Assembly (NCBI GenBank): GCA_031429075.1
Contig: JANOYW010000019.1
Location: forward strand, 10,952 to 74,951
Length of the DNA: 64,000 nt
Source of the DNA: Bdellovibrionales bacterium
GTDB taxonomy: Bacteria > Bdellovibrionota > Bdellovibrionia > Bdellovibrionales > JAGQZY01
Reading direction: 5' to 3'
Position numbers and translations under genes: made by a program. The notes beneath the pieces are model-generated. The model was not told where the DNA came from and did not search any database. It saw only the letters and a list, made by a program, of their open reading frames with translations. Shown piece after piece: positions 27,400-35,282 of the stretch. Each line of letters starts with the position of its first letter. Position 1 is the stretch's first letter.

Positions 27400-28627
27400 A
27401 CTCGCCTTAAGTTGCTGTATTTACTGGAAAAACCCCTTTCACCGGGTGGCCCCAGAAGATTTCGCACAGTTCGAACATTCCTCTGAATCTTTAGTGATCT
27501 CGCGCTTAAAGCTTTCGCGCCATGAGGGGATGACCAGCCAGGGCACTTTGCTCGGCCGGTTCGAACCCATCGATGGACACATTAAACTAGACACTTCAAC
27601 ACCTTGGGTAGAATACCAGTACGAACTTTTTGCCAAAAAATCCATCGAGCAAAATAACTTTTTTGTTTACACCTCGCAAATTGGCTTCCAAGGTCTGTTA
27701 TTTTCAACCATTGATAAAGTTTTTGCTCACAGCTTAACCGTCGAAGTCCTCTACGGCATCAACAGCCTGTTACTTGCGCTTGTGGTGGTGTTTATATTTT
27801 GGCAATTTAGCAAAGAGTTCAATGCCCTCGTGGCACTCGGTGCCGTGTTTCCCCTTTTCTACTCAAGCTGGATGACTTATTTTGGGCGCAATTTGTATTG
27901 GGGCTTGTGGAGTTTTTATCTTCCCTTCGTAATCTCGTATTGGATGTTTTCCACCTCTCCCACTTGGTGGGGTGTTTTACTACTATTTGCTTCGCTGTGT
28001 TTGCGTTTTGCTTCGGGCTTTGAATACACGTCCACTGTGATCATCGCAAGTTTGGTTCCGGTTTTGTACTTGTCTCTCAAACAACAACGTCCTTGGAAAT
28101 TTATAATTTTACGCCTTATCGGAATTGGCAGCGTGGGCGTGTTGGCGTTTTTCTGTATGCTCGGCCTGTGGTATCTGCAACTGGAGAATTACTATTCGTC
28201 CTCCGACGAAGCTCTCAAGACCATGGCATTTCATATTTTTAAACGAACTCATGCCCTTGATTCGAACACCTACGGTGTGTACGCCGAAAGCCTCAGTGCC
28301 AACGTGCTTTATGTGATTCTGCTTTACTTTAAAAAAGGATTTTTAGTCTTTCCAGTGCTGATGGGCTTAAGCCTCTACTACTTAAAAAAGAACCAACTCT
28401 GGGCCAAGCACCGAGCCTTAATCCTGACCACATTGCTAAGCTTTTTGGGACCGATTTCTTGGTTTGTGCTTGGAAAAGGCCATTCTTATATCCACACGCA
28501 TATCAATCACATACTTTGGTATATCGTGTACGTGCCCTTTGCCAATGCTCTTACTTTGGTGACCATTCAGGAGTGTCTAAATCAGGATCCATACCAGCGG
28601 ACAGCAAACTCCCCACAAAATACGTAA
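27305..28627 (+). CDS. Polytopic membrane protein, possible GT-C-type glycosyltransferase
   Basis: 440 aa with about 10-11 hydrophobic segments by eye. A long first loop (about 90 aa) after TM1 contains acidic PEDF. No named motif was recognised. An alternative start exists at 27332. Confidence 0.4.
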   Translation: MTDKNKECGMKKLILKLTQFSNSNKVLLALLILALSCCIYWKNPFHRVAPEDFAQFEHSSESLVISRLKLSRHEGMTSQGTLLGRFEPIDGHIKLDTSTPWVEYQYELFAKKSIEQNNFFVYTSQIGFQGLLFSTIDKVFAHSLTVEVLYGINSLLLALVVVFIFWQFSKEFNALVALGAVFPLFYSSWMTYFGRNLYWGLWSFYLPFVISYWMFSTSPTWWGVLLLFASLCLRFASGFEYTSTVIIASLVPVLYLSLKQQRPWKFIILRLIGIGSVGVLAFFCMLGLWYLQLENYYSSSDEALKTMAFHIFKRTHALDSNTYGVYAESLSANVLYVILLYFKKGFLVFPVLMGLSLYYLKKNQLWAKHRALILTTLLSFLGPISWFVLGKGHSYIHTHINHILWYIVYVPFANALTLVTIQECLNQDPYQRTANSPQNT

Positions 28628-28628
28628 C

Positions 28629-28656
28629 AATCTGAATTTCTTTAATAATTCAGATT
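28629..28656 (+). terminator. AT-rich hairpin after the membrane-protein gene (weak intrinsic terminator)
   Basis: AATCTGAATT-8 nt-AATTCAGATT is a perfect 10-bp stem starting 2 nt after the TAA, followed by TT. Confidence 0.35.
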
Positions 28657-28673
28657 TTAAATGTTTCACTTGT

Positions 28674-28697
28674 TTGTACTACGTTGTAGTAGTACAA
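28674..28697. promoter_or_regulatory. Perfect inverted repeat upstream of the toxin gene, likely TA autoregulatory operator
   Basis: TTGTACTAC-N6-GTAGTACAA ends 7 nt before the ATG of the toxin gene. Confidence 0.4.
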
Positions 28698-28704
28698 TGA
28701 AAGT

Positions 28705-29055
28705 ATGTTAAGAACCTTCATTTACACGGCACCCATCGAACAACGTTTAAAAGAAATGGAAAATAAGGAAGAGTTTTGTAGAGGAATAGAAATTGAGATT
28801 CTGAACAATATCACCGTTGGCGACTTAGTCCCTGGATTGGCTGGCGCAAGAAAGTTCCGATACTCTGATCCATCCAGAGGTAAAGGTAAACGAGGTGGAT
28901 TTAGAATTTTTTTTCTCGACCTACCTTTAGTAGAAAAAGTTTACTTTTTATACCTTCTCTCAAAGGGTGAAACTGAAGATATAACTGCTCAAGAGAAGAA
29001 AGAATTTAAAAAATATATAGATCTTTTAAAAAAAGAGGCCAAACATGAAAAATAA
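28705..29055 (+). CDS. RelE/ParE-superfamily type II toxin (HigB2-like, COG4737-type)
   Basis: 116 aa with GARKFRYSDPSRGKGKRGGFRIFFL...YLLSKGETEDIT, the pattern of this toxin family. Toxin-first order and an 11-nt overlap with the HTH gene. Confidence 0.7.
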   Translation: MLRTFIYTAPIEQRLKEMENKEEFCRGIEIEILNNITVGDLVPGLAGARKFRYSDPSRGKGKRGGFRIFFLDLPLVEKVYFLYLLSKGETEDITAQEKKEFKKYIDLLKKEAKHEK

Positions 29056-29371
29056 AAAAACGAAATTAGGACAAGCTCTTCTCGCATCCGCTCAAGACGC
29101 CGTTGCCTATGAACGCGGCGAAAAAGCCCTTAGAACATCGCGTAGAGAAATTGCACGACCTGCACCCGAATTTTCTAAAACTGAAATTAAAAAAATTAGA
29201 GAAAACACTCTAAAGCTAACACAAGTCGAATTCGCACAGCTGTTAAATGTGGACGTGAGTACGATTCAACATTGGGAACAGGGATTGCGCCGACCTAGAA
29301 ATTCAGCAAATAGGCTTCTTGAGGTTTTATTGATGCAGCCAAACATTGTTAGAAATCTTTTGATCGCGTAA
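29045..29371 (+). CDS. XRE-type HTH antitoxin (HigA2/YiaG-like)
   Basis: 108 aa with C-terminal HTH LTQVEFAQLLNVDVSTIQHWEQGLRRP and the N-terminal LLASAQDAVAYERGE typical of partners of the above toxin family. Confidence 0.75.
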   Translation: MKNKKTKLGQALLASAQDAVAYERGEKALRTSRREIARPAPEFSKTEIKKIRENTLKLTQVEFAQLLNVDVSTIQHWEQGLRRPRNSANRLLEVLLMQPNIVRNLLIA

Positions 29372-29396
29372 ATAAATTTAAAATTATTAGAAGATC

Positions 29397-30494
29397 TTAA
29401 TTTTTTAATATTTCTTCAAGTCGCGAAAAATGTTGATCGGCGCGAAAGTGCTTTTCGTATTTTAGCAAACCCGCAGTGATAAAAGTTTTGCGAAGCTGTG
29501 TGTCTGTTAAAATTGTTTTTATTTTTTCGCTCAGGTCTTTAATGTCGTTGGGAGTAAAGGTGAAACCATTTACTCCATCTTCAATAATTTCTGGAACTCC
29601 GCCCGTGTTCGAACCCATGATTGCCACTCCGGCCGCCATAGCTTCAATAAGCACCAAACCAAATGTTTCTTGATCGCTGGGCAAAAGTATCAAATCAAAG
29701 CATGGCATTAATTCCCCTGGATTTTTTTGAAACCCGCACCAATAAACAGAAACAGAAGACGTCACTCCGTGTTTTTCAATCAGTGCCTTTAGTTTTTCTT
29801 CGTACCCGTCGCCACCCATAAAATGGCCAAAAAAGTAAATCTGAAAGTCCAGGCCCTGATTTTTAAGAAGATGCAGAGCTTCTAGCAAACGCCACTGCCC
29901 TTTGCTCTCTTCCAGCCGAGAAAACATGGCTACTTTGAGTTTGGGCGATGGAAATTTTTCTAGAAACGCTTTTTGCGCCTCCAGATTCACCGACGGTTTG
30001 GGAACTCCATAGTACAAACGAGAAATCTTCTCGCTGGCCAGTGGTACCCGATCCCTCACCTCTCGGGTGAGCTTCTCAGTCACGCAGAGTAAGTGATCCA
30101 CTTGCGAATAAACCCAACGATGGTAAGGGTCTTTTTTATGCGCTGGCATCTCCATCTGCCGGGAGTGCACCAAACGCACTGGCTGACGACTTAATGTTTT
30201 TGCTAGAGCAACAATGGGAAGGTCTTTGGCAAAATGCACATGCACCACGTCGATGTTTTTTTGCTCGAACACTCGTGCGAGTTTGTAAGCGGCTCGCACA
30301 CTTCCAAAAATGCCCGATTTAGCAATTACAGTGGGTTGAATGTTTTCGTCTTTTAAAAGCTGTTCCAAACGGCTTTGCGGAACGGTGATGGCGGTGAGTT
30401 CGTGTTTTGTGGTTTTAAAATACCGACAGCACCAAAAGTAATAGAGCTCTAGGCCACCGAGTGATGAATTGAGGCAAACTTCGGCAATTCTCAT
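29397..30494 (-). CDS. Glycosyltransferase family 4 (GT-B)
   Basis: EX7E region PSDQETFGLVLIEAMAAGVAIMGSNTGGVPEII. Start taken at the ATG (MRIAEV) at 30494, just after the upstream stop. The ORF-track start at 30518 is a TTG. Confidence 0.85.
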   Translation of the reverse strand: MRIAEVCLNSSLGGLELYYFWCCRYFKTTKHELTAITVPQSRLEQLLKDENIQPTVIAKSGIFGSVRAAYKLARVFEQKNIDVVHVHFAKDLPIVALAKTLSRQPVRLVHSRQMEMPAHKKDPYHRWVYSQVDHLLCVTEKLTREVRDRVPLASEKISRLYYGVPKPSVNLEAQKAFLEKFPSPKLKVAMFSRLEESKGQWRLLEALHLLKNQGLDFQIYFFGHFMGGDGYEEKLKALIEKHGVTSSVSVYWCGFQKNPGELMPCFDLILLPSDQETFGLVLIEAMAAGVAIMGSNTGGVPEIIEDGVNGFTFTPNDIKDLSEKIKTILTDTQLRKTFITAGLLKYEKHFRADQHFSRLEEILKN

Positions 30495-30496
30495 AT

Positions 30497-31228
30497 TTAA
30501 ATACGCGCTAGTTTCCAAAAAGAACGAAACGTTTTTTGCACGTTTTTCTTTAAAAAGTTAAAGGGCAACCAGCGGCAAATGGAATTTACAATCTTGATTT
30601 TGGAAGGCATAGTTTGTTCGTACTGCACTTGCCATTTTTTCATTTTGTCGCCCGTCAGATACATATCCACACCGGCAAAAATCTCTTCAAAGTGGAAACT
30701 GTCTTTCCAAAAAAAGCTCAAGATCGAAGGCGTATGAATCAGGTAATACCCTCTTTGCTGTGAAGACACGAGGGGTGTTTTTTGCGTAAAGTAAAGCCCC
30801 TTGCCCTTAGCCTCAACAAACCACCGATGGTGTTGAAAACCTGTGTAGTCGTAAGCTTGCACACCATACAAGTACTCTGCGGCCCGCGAAGGAGTTTCAA
30901 TATATCCGGCCTTGGAAACGCGAATCATTTCGCTACAAACCCAAAGCGGATCGCGAATGTCTTCCAACACATGGGAGCAAATCACGAAATCAAATTGTTT
31001 ATCTTTAAAGGGCCACGGCTCGCGGCCGCAGATATCAAACTCAATCCAGGTGTCTTTGGTAAAGCGCTCGGGAATGCCGAGCTGTCCCGTTTTACCCCGC
31101 GTGCTGTAGGGCATGGCATCGATCACATAATCGGCCCGCTCGAGAGGATGGGCCCAACCGCCGATGTCGAGCAAAACATCGCTATCTTTGATCGCACTGA
31201 TGACTTTGGGTAGATTGTCTTTATGCAT
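30497..31228 (-). CDS. SAM-dependent methyltransferase (Methyltransf_11/23-like)
   Basis: 243 aa with VLLDIGGW and FDFVICSHVLEDIRDP. Confidence 0.6.
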   Translation of the reverse strand: MHKDNLPKVISAIKDSDVLLDIGGWAHPLERADYVIDAMPYSTRGKTGQLGIPERFTKDTWIEFDICGREPWPFKDKQFDFVICSHVLEDIRDPLWVCSEMIRVSKAGYIETPSRAAEYLYGVQAYDYTGFQHHRWFVEAKGKGLYFTQKTPLVSSQQRGYYLIHTPSILSFFWKDSFHFEEIFAGVDMYLTGDKMKKWQVQYEQTMPSKIKIVNSICRWLPFNFLKKNVQKTFRSFWKLARI

Positions 31229-31291
31229 AGTTTGGTCACACTAGGTTCGGTGTTAGCTTGAAATCAAGTACACAACGTATAATGCAATTTG

Positions 31292-32212
31292 TCATGTGAG
31301 CGTTTCTGCAGACACAGGCTTCAGCACGCGACCCACCATCTTTTTAAGAAGGGAAACATCGGCACAGGAATAGTGAATATCTCCTCCACGGGGAGTGATA
31401 TTTTTGATCAGCGACACATCTCTTTTTTCTTTATTTACGTAAAATTTGGCAAGTTGCCCAATGGTGAGAGGAACTCCGGTGGCCACATTCATAGCTTTTA
31501 AAGAAAGCCACGGATCCTGTTTTTCAACAAGACCTAAACCAGCCTCTAAACAAACCTCGGCCACATCTTCCACGCGCACAAAATCTCGCGTGGCTGTTCC
31601 ATCACCAAAAATTTGCAGCGGCACATTATTTTTTGCCGCCAGCGAAAACAACGTCATCACACCGCTATAAGTGGATTTCGGATCTTGTCCGTGGCCGTAG
31701 ACATTAAAAAAGCGCAGGTTCAAAAATGGCAGTTGATGAAAAGAGCGGTAGTTATTGATTAAATCTTCGCAACTGCGTTTGTGTGTGGAATACAAACTTA
31801 ACGACGGTCCCAGGAGTTCATTTTCACTGGCGATTTTTTCTCCCAAATCTCCGTACACAGCACTGCTGCTGGCAAAAACCAGAGGAATTTTTTGTCCGCG
31901 TTTCTGAATGACTTCGCAAAGTCGAAGTGTAGCAGATACATTGGTTGCAAAAGTTCCCACCGGATCTGCCTGACAAAGGGGAACACTGACGATGGCGGCA
32001 AAGTGATAAATCAAATCAAAATTTGTGATTTCGTCTTTAAACTCTTCAAGCTTTCGCATGTCCCGATGCTGATAATTTACACCCAAAACAGTGTGTAACG
32101 GCTCGCGAATATCCCAGGAGGTGACCTTGTGGTTATTAAGCAATAAAACTCGAGCCAGGTGCGTGCCGATAAAGCCGGCCCCACCGGTGATCAATATATT
32201 TAATGTTTTCAT
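31292..32212 (-). CDS. NAD-dependent nucleotide-sugar epimerase/dehydratase (extended SDR)
   Basis: 306 aa with ILITGGAGFIGTHL, SSSAVYG and YSTHKRSCE (YxxxK). Confidence 0.8.
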   Translation of the reverse strand: MKTLNILITGGAGFIGTHLARVLLLNNHKVTSWDIREPLHTVLGVNYQHRDMRKLEEFKDEITNFDLIYHFAAIVSVPLCQADPVGTFATNVSATLRLCEVIQKRGQKIPLVFASSSAVYGDLGEKIASENELLGPSLSLYSTHKRSCEDLINNYRSFHQLPFLNLRFFNVYGHGQDPKSTYSGVMTLFSLAAKNNVPLQIFGDGTATRDFVRVEDVAEVCLEAGLGLVEKQDPWLSLKAMNVATGVPLTIGQLAKFYVNKEKRDVSLIKNITPRGGDIHYSCADVSLLKKMVGRVLKPVSAETLT

Positions 32213-33279
32213 TGCAACAACTCATTGTAGGATTTAAGCACACTATCCCCTGAAAAATATTTTTCCGCAAGTTTGTAGTTGTTTTCTACTTTTTGCGAAA
32301 AGAGCTCGGGGTCCATACTGAAGGTTGCTTGGCACATCACTTTTAATGCCTCAAGATTCCCATCAGGTACTTGCGGAAACTCAAACCCAAGCTTGAGGAA
32401 CTCTGGAAATACAGTGTTATCGTAGGTTATAGGAAGAACTTTGGCGAGAAAGGCTTCAATCAATGTGTTTGGTAAACCCTCTCCGCGAGACGGAAACAGT
32501 AAAAAATGAGCGGGAGTTAAATATATCTGAACATTGGTTTGAAAGCCTGCAAAATGTACCACCTGAGATAACTCGGGATGTTTATACATTTTGTGCTGTA
32601 GCTTTTCGCTAATATCTTCGTCTTCAATGCCCCCCACGAAGGTCGCACGAATCTGTTGAGTTTTAGAAAGGGTCTCTATCACTTCGAGGCAATCTTCATG
32701 GCCTTTTCCCTTGGCTATTCGCCCCACGTGGACAACTTGCAAAGGAGCGCTGAGCGTTTTTGTTGCCGTGTTCGTGTGATCACAGGGTAAGTACACGACT
32801 TTCACATTATCTTCATTGGAGCCAGGAATGATCTTAAGGACATTGTTTTTAAGATGTTCACTCACAGCAATATGCATTTGCACACCTTTATAAATAAGGG
32901 CATGCAGCGGATCTTTTTTGCTATGGGTTTTGTTTGTTCCATGAAAATTTAAAATTCTCACGCCCAGGCCTATTTTTGCAACGACGATGGACTTTAACTC
33001 CGAGGCTCCAAAAAAAATAAGATTTTTAATCTTTTTCTTTTTGAGAACTTTTCGTAAATCTAAAATGCAGCGTAAACTAAAATTACCTTCAAAAGGTATG
33101 CTAACGAGCTCAATTCCTTCTTTTAAAAGACTCTTGCGAAACGTTTCAATATGGCTACCTTCACGGCAAACCACTGTGACTTCATGTTGACGATGAAGAA
33201 GTCGTGCAAGGCCCAGGGAATTAAGTTCCATTCCCCCTTTATTATTGGAAAAACAAACAACGGCGATGGATGTTTTCAC
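32209..33279 (-). CDS. Glycosyltransferase family 4 (GT-B)
   Basis: 356 aa with FPSRGEGLPNTLIEAFLAKVLPI (EX7E-type) and 4-nt overlaps on both sides. Confidence 0.8.
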   Translation of the reverse strand: MKTSIAVVCFSNNKGGMELNSLGLARLLHRQHEVTVVCREGSHIETFRKSLLKEGIELVSIPFEGNFSLRCILDLRKVLKKKKIKNLIFFGASELKSIVVAKIGLGVRILNFHGTNKTHSKKDPLHALIYKGVQMHIAVSEHLKNNVLKIIPGSNEDNVKVVYLPCDHTNTATKTLSAPLQVVHVGRIAKGKGHEDCLEVIETLSKTQQIRATFVGGIEDEDISEKLQHKMYKHPELSQVVHFAGFQTNVQIYLTPAHFLLFPSRGEGLPNTLIEAFLAKVLPITYDNTVFPEFLKLGFEFPQVPDGNLEALKVMCQATFSMDPELFSQKVENNYKLAEKYFSGDSVLKSYNELLQ

Positions 33280-34178
33280 ACATTCTTCCCATCTGCAGGT
33301 TGAATAAGATTTAACCCCTTCGCTGTCTTCACTGTCCGTTGCCTGATATGCTCAGCAAAAATTTCGGGAAGCTCTCCATCAAACTTGCGAATGGGATGAT
33401 ACAAATGGTACTGCACGGCTGTATTGCAAAGCGAGCGAATTTCAACACCCGCGTTCCTTAACCGCGTGTCGATGTCCGAGTCTTCGGCACCACAGGACTC
33501 TTTAAAGCTCATGTCGATTCCATTGATCTTTAACAAATCCAATTTATGATAAGACACATTGCAACCGAGGATGCTACGAGTTTTTCGATTTAAAAGCCGT
33601 CGCAAAAATTTGTTTTTTATATAAATAGCTCGTCGCCATTGAGAATTGTTTTTTAACATTAAAAAGAAAATCATCCACCAGTACTGCGTTTGCAAAAAAC
33701 CATGGCGCACGCGCTCCGCCGTTACCAAGCTGGACAGCCACGGCGTCAGTTCCACACGACGACCAGCAAGAGCCACGTTGGGAGCTTTTGCGTCCATGTG
33801 TTCCCGCACAAATTCAGGATGAAGAACACAATCTTGATCCACCATAATAAGATAATCAGTTTGGCAATTGACGATGGCCTTATTGAGCATTTCCACTTTT
33901 CGCCATCCATCGTCTTTGTGCCAGAAATGGTGCATCAAAAGCCGAGCTCTCTGCATATATTTTTGCACATGGGCCACCACCTCGGGTCGTGAGCCATCAT
34001 CGCAAATAATCACTTCGAAATTTTTAAATGTTTGGCTTTCAAGGCTCGCCATTTGGATGTCAAAAAATCGCTGACTATTGTAAAAAGCCACGACGATGGA
34101 CACCTTTGGCTCAAAGTGAGGATGAGCCGCTAAATGCTCATTTTTATTCGTGTAAATTTCGTAATCAAGTATATCCAT
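33276..34178 (-). CDS. Glycosyltransferase family 2
   Basis: VSIVVAFYNS..ICDDGS..MVDQDC motifs. Start taken at the ATG (MDILDY) at 34178. The ORF-track start at 34250 would leave only 26 nt to the divergent gene. Confidence 0.75.
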   Translation of the reverse strand: MDILDYEIYTNKNEHLAAHPHFEPKVSIVVAFYNSQRFFDIQMASLESQTFKNFEVIICDDGSRPEVVAHVQKYMQRARLLMHHFWHKDDGWRKVEMLNKAIVNCQTDYLIMVDQDCVLHPEFVREHMDAKAPNVALAGRRVELTPWLSSLVTAERVRHGFLQTQYWWMIFFLMLKNNSQWRRAIYIKNKFLRRLLNRKTRSILGCNVSYHKLDLLKINGIDMSFKESCGAEDSDIDTRLRNAGVEIRSLCNTAVQYHLYHPIRKFDGELPEIFAEHIRQRTVKTAKGLNLIQPADGKNV

Positions 34179-34276
34179 GGCCTGCGTTTTTCTACGAAAA
34201 TAGACAGTGGATAGCAACCACCAAGCACAGCGCATGTTGCCATGGGCCACATCTCATCCTATAACCATGGGCATCC

Positions 34277-35269
34277 ATGAAAGTCTTATATATCAATTCT
34301 CCAGAATGCGACTATATGCAAGATCTGCTCTACTCGGGACTGGTAAAGGTCTGTGGCGCAGAGCAGGTTTACGATTTTCCCATGCATCTCCGCTACCACT
34401 TTATAAACAAAAAATACCCACGCAATCTGGGCCTCAATCGTCGCTGGCAAAGCCTCAAGCGCTGGATTCAACCTCTGGGCAACCAGTGGGATCTCGTGGT
34501 TGTGGGATCTTGTAAAAACAAGACCCTGGAAAGCTATCATTCCATTTTGCATCTGATCCCGCAAAAGACACCGGTTGTTCTTATCGACGGCGGCGATCAA
34601 ACGGCCGTTGGCGGCGATCTGGTTTATTATAAATCTCCCCACATTCTGCCAAACATCGAGCAACAGCGACGCTTTGATCTCATCTTCAAACGCGAATTTC
34701 TTCCCGAATACGCCAACGACCCCCGCCTTGTACCGTTGCCATTTTGCATGAATCTCGCTCGCACCCCTAAGCAGCTACCAAGCGACAAAAAATACGACGT
34801 CAGCTTCTGGGCCGTTGAAAGCCACCCCATTCGCACAAAAGCATTGCATCTGCTAGAAACAGAATTTGATTGCGCGAAAAATGGAACGGTTCGAAATCAG
34901 CAATTCCATCATTACAAACGAAAAGGTTTGTTTTACCTCGAAGAACTCGCCCGCTGTAAGATTGTATTGAATCTCCGCGGCGGCGGCTGGGATACCATGC
35001 GCTACTGGGAAGTCCCCGCTGTGGGAAGCCTGATGATCACGCAAAAACCCGGAATCCAAATCCCCAACGACTTTGTCCACGGCCAGCATGTCATCCACTG
35101 CAAAGACGATCTCTCCGACCTAGTGGATCTTTGCCGCTACTACTTAAAAAACGAAACAGAACGCGAAAAAATAGCTTTAGCAGGACAAAACCACTTAAAA
35201 AAATTCCACACCGACATTGCTAGGGCACAAACCGTGTTGCAACATGTTCGGCAACTGAAAAACTTCTAA
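34277..35269 (+). CDS. CgeB-like / Glyco_trans_1_2-type glycosyltransferase family protein
   Basis: 330 aa. The C-terminal block ARCKIVLNLRGGGWDTMRYWEVPAVGSLMITQ resembles CgeB/DUF3880-type proteins. Confidence 0.45.
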   Translation: MKVLYINSPECDYMQDLLYSGLVKVCGAEQVYDFPMHLRYHFINKKYPRNLGLNRRWQSLKRWIQPLGNQWDLVVVGSCKNKTLESYHSILHLIPQKTPVVLIDGGDQTAVGGDLVYYKSPHILPNIEQQRRFDLIFKREFLPEYANDPRLVPLPFCMNLARTPKQLPSDKKYDVSFWAVESHPIRTKALHLLETEFDCAKNGTVRNQQFHHYKRKGLFYLEELARCKIVLNLRGGGWDTMRYWEVPAVGSLMITQKPGIQIPNDFVHGQHVIHCKDDLSDLVDLCRYYLKNETEREKIALAGQNHLKKFHTDIARAQTVLQHVRQLKNF

Positions 35270-35282
35270 TTCTTACGGGCTA

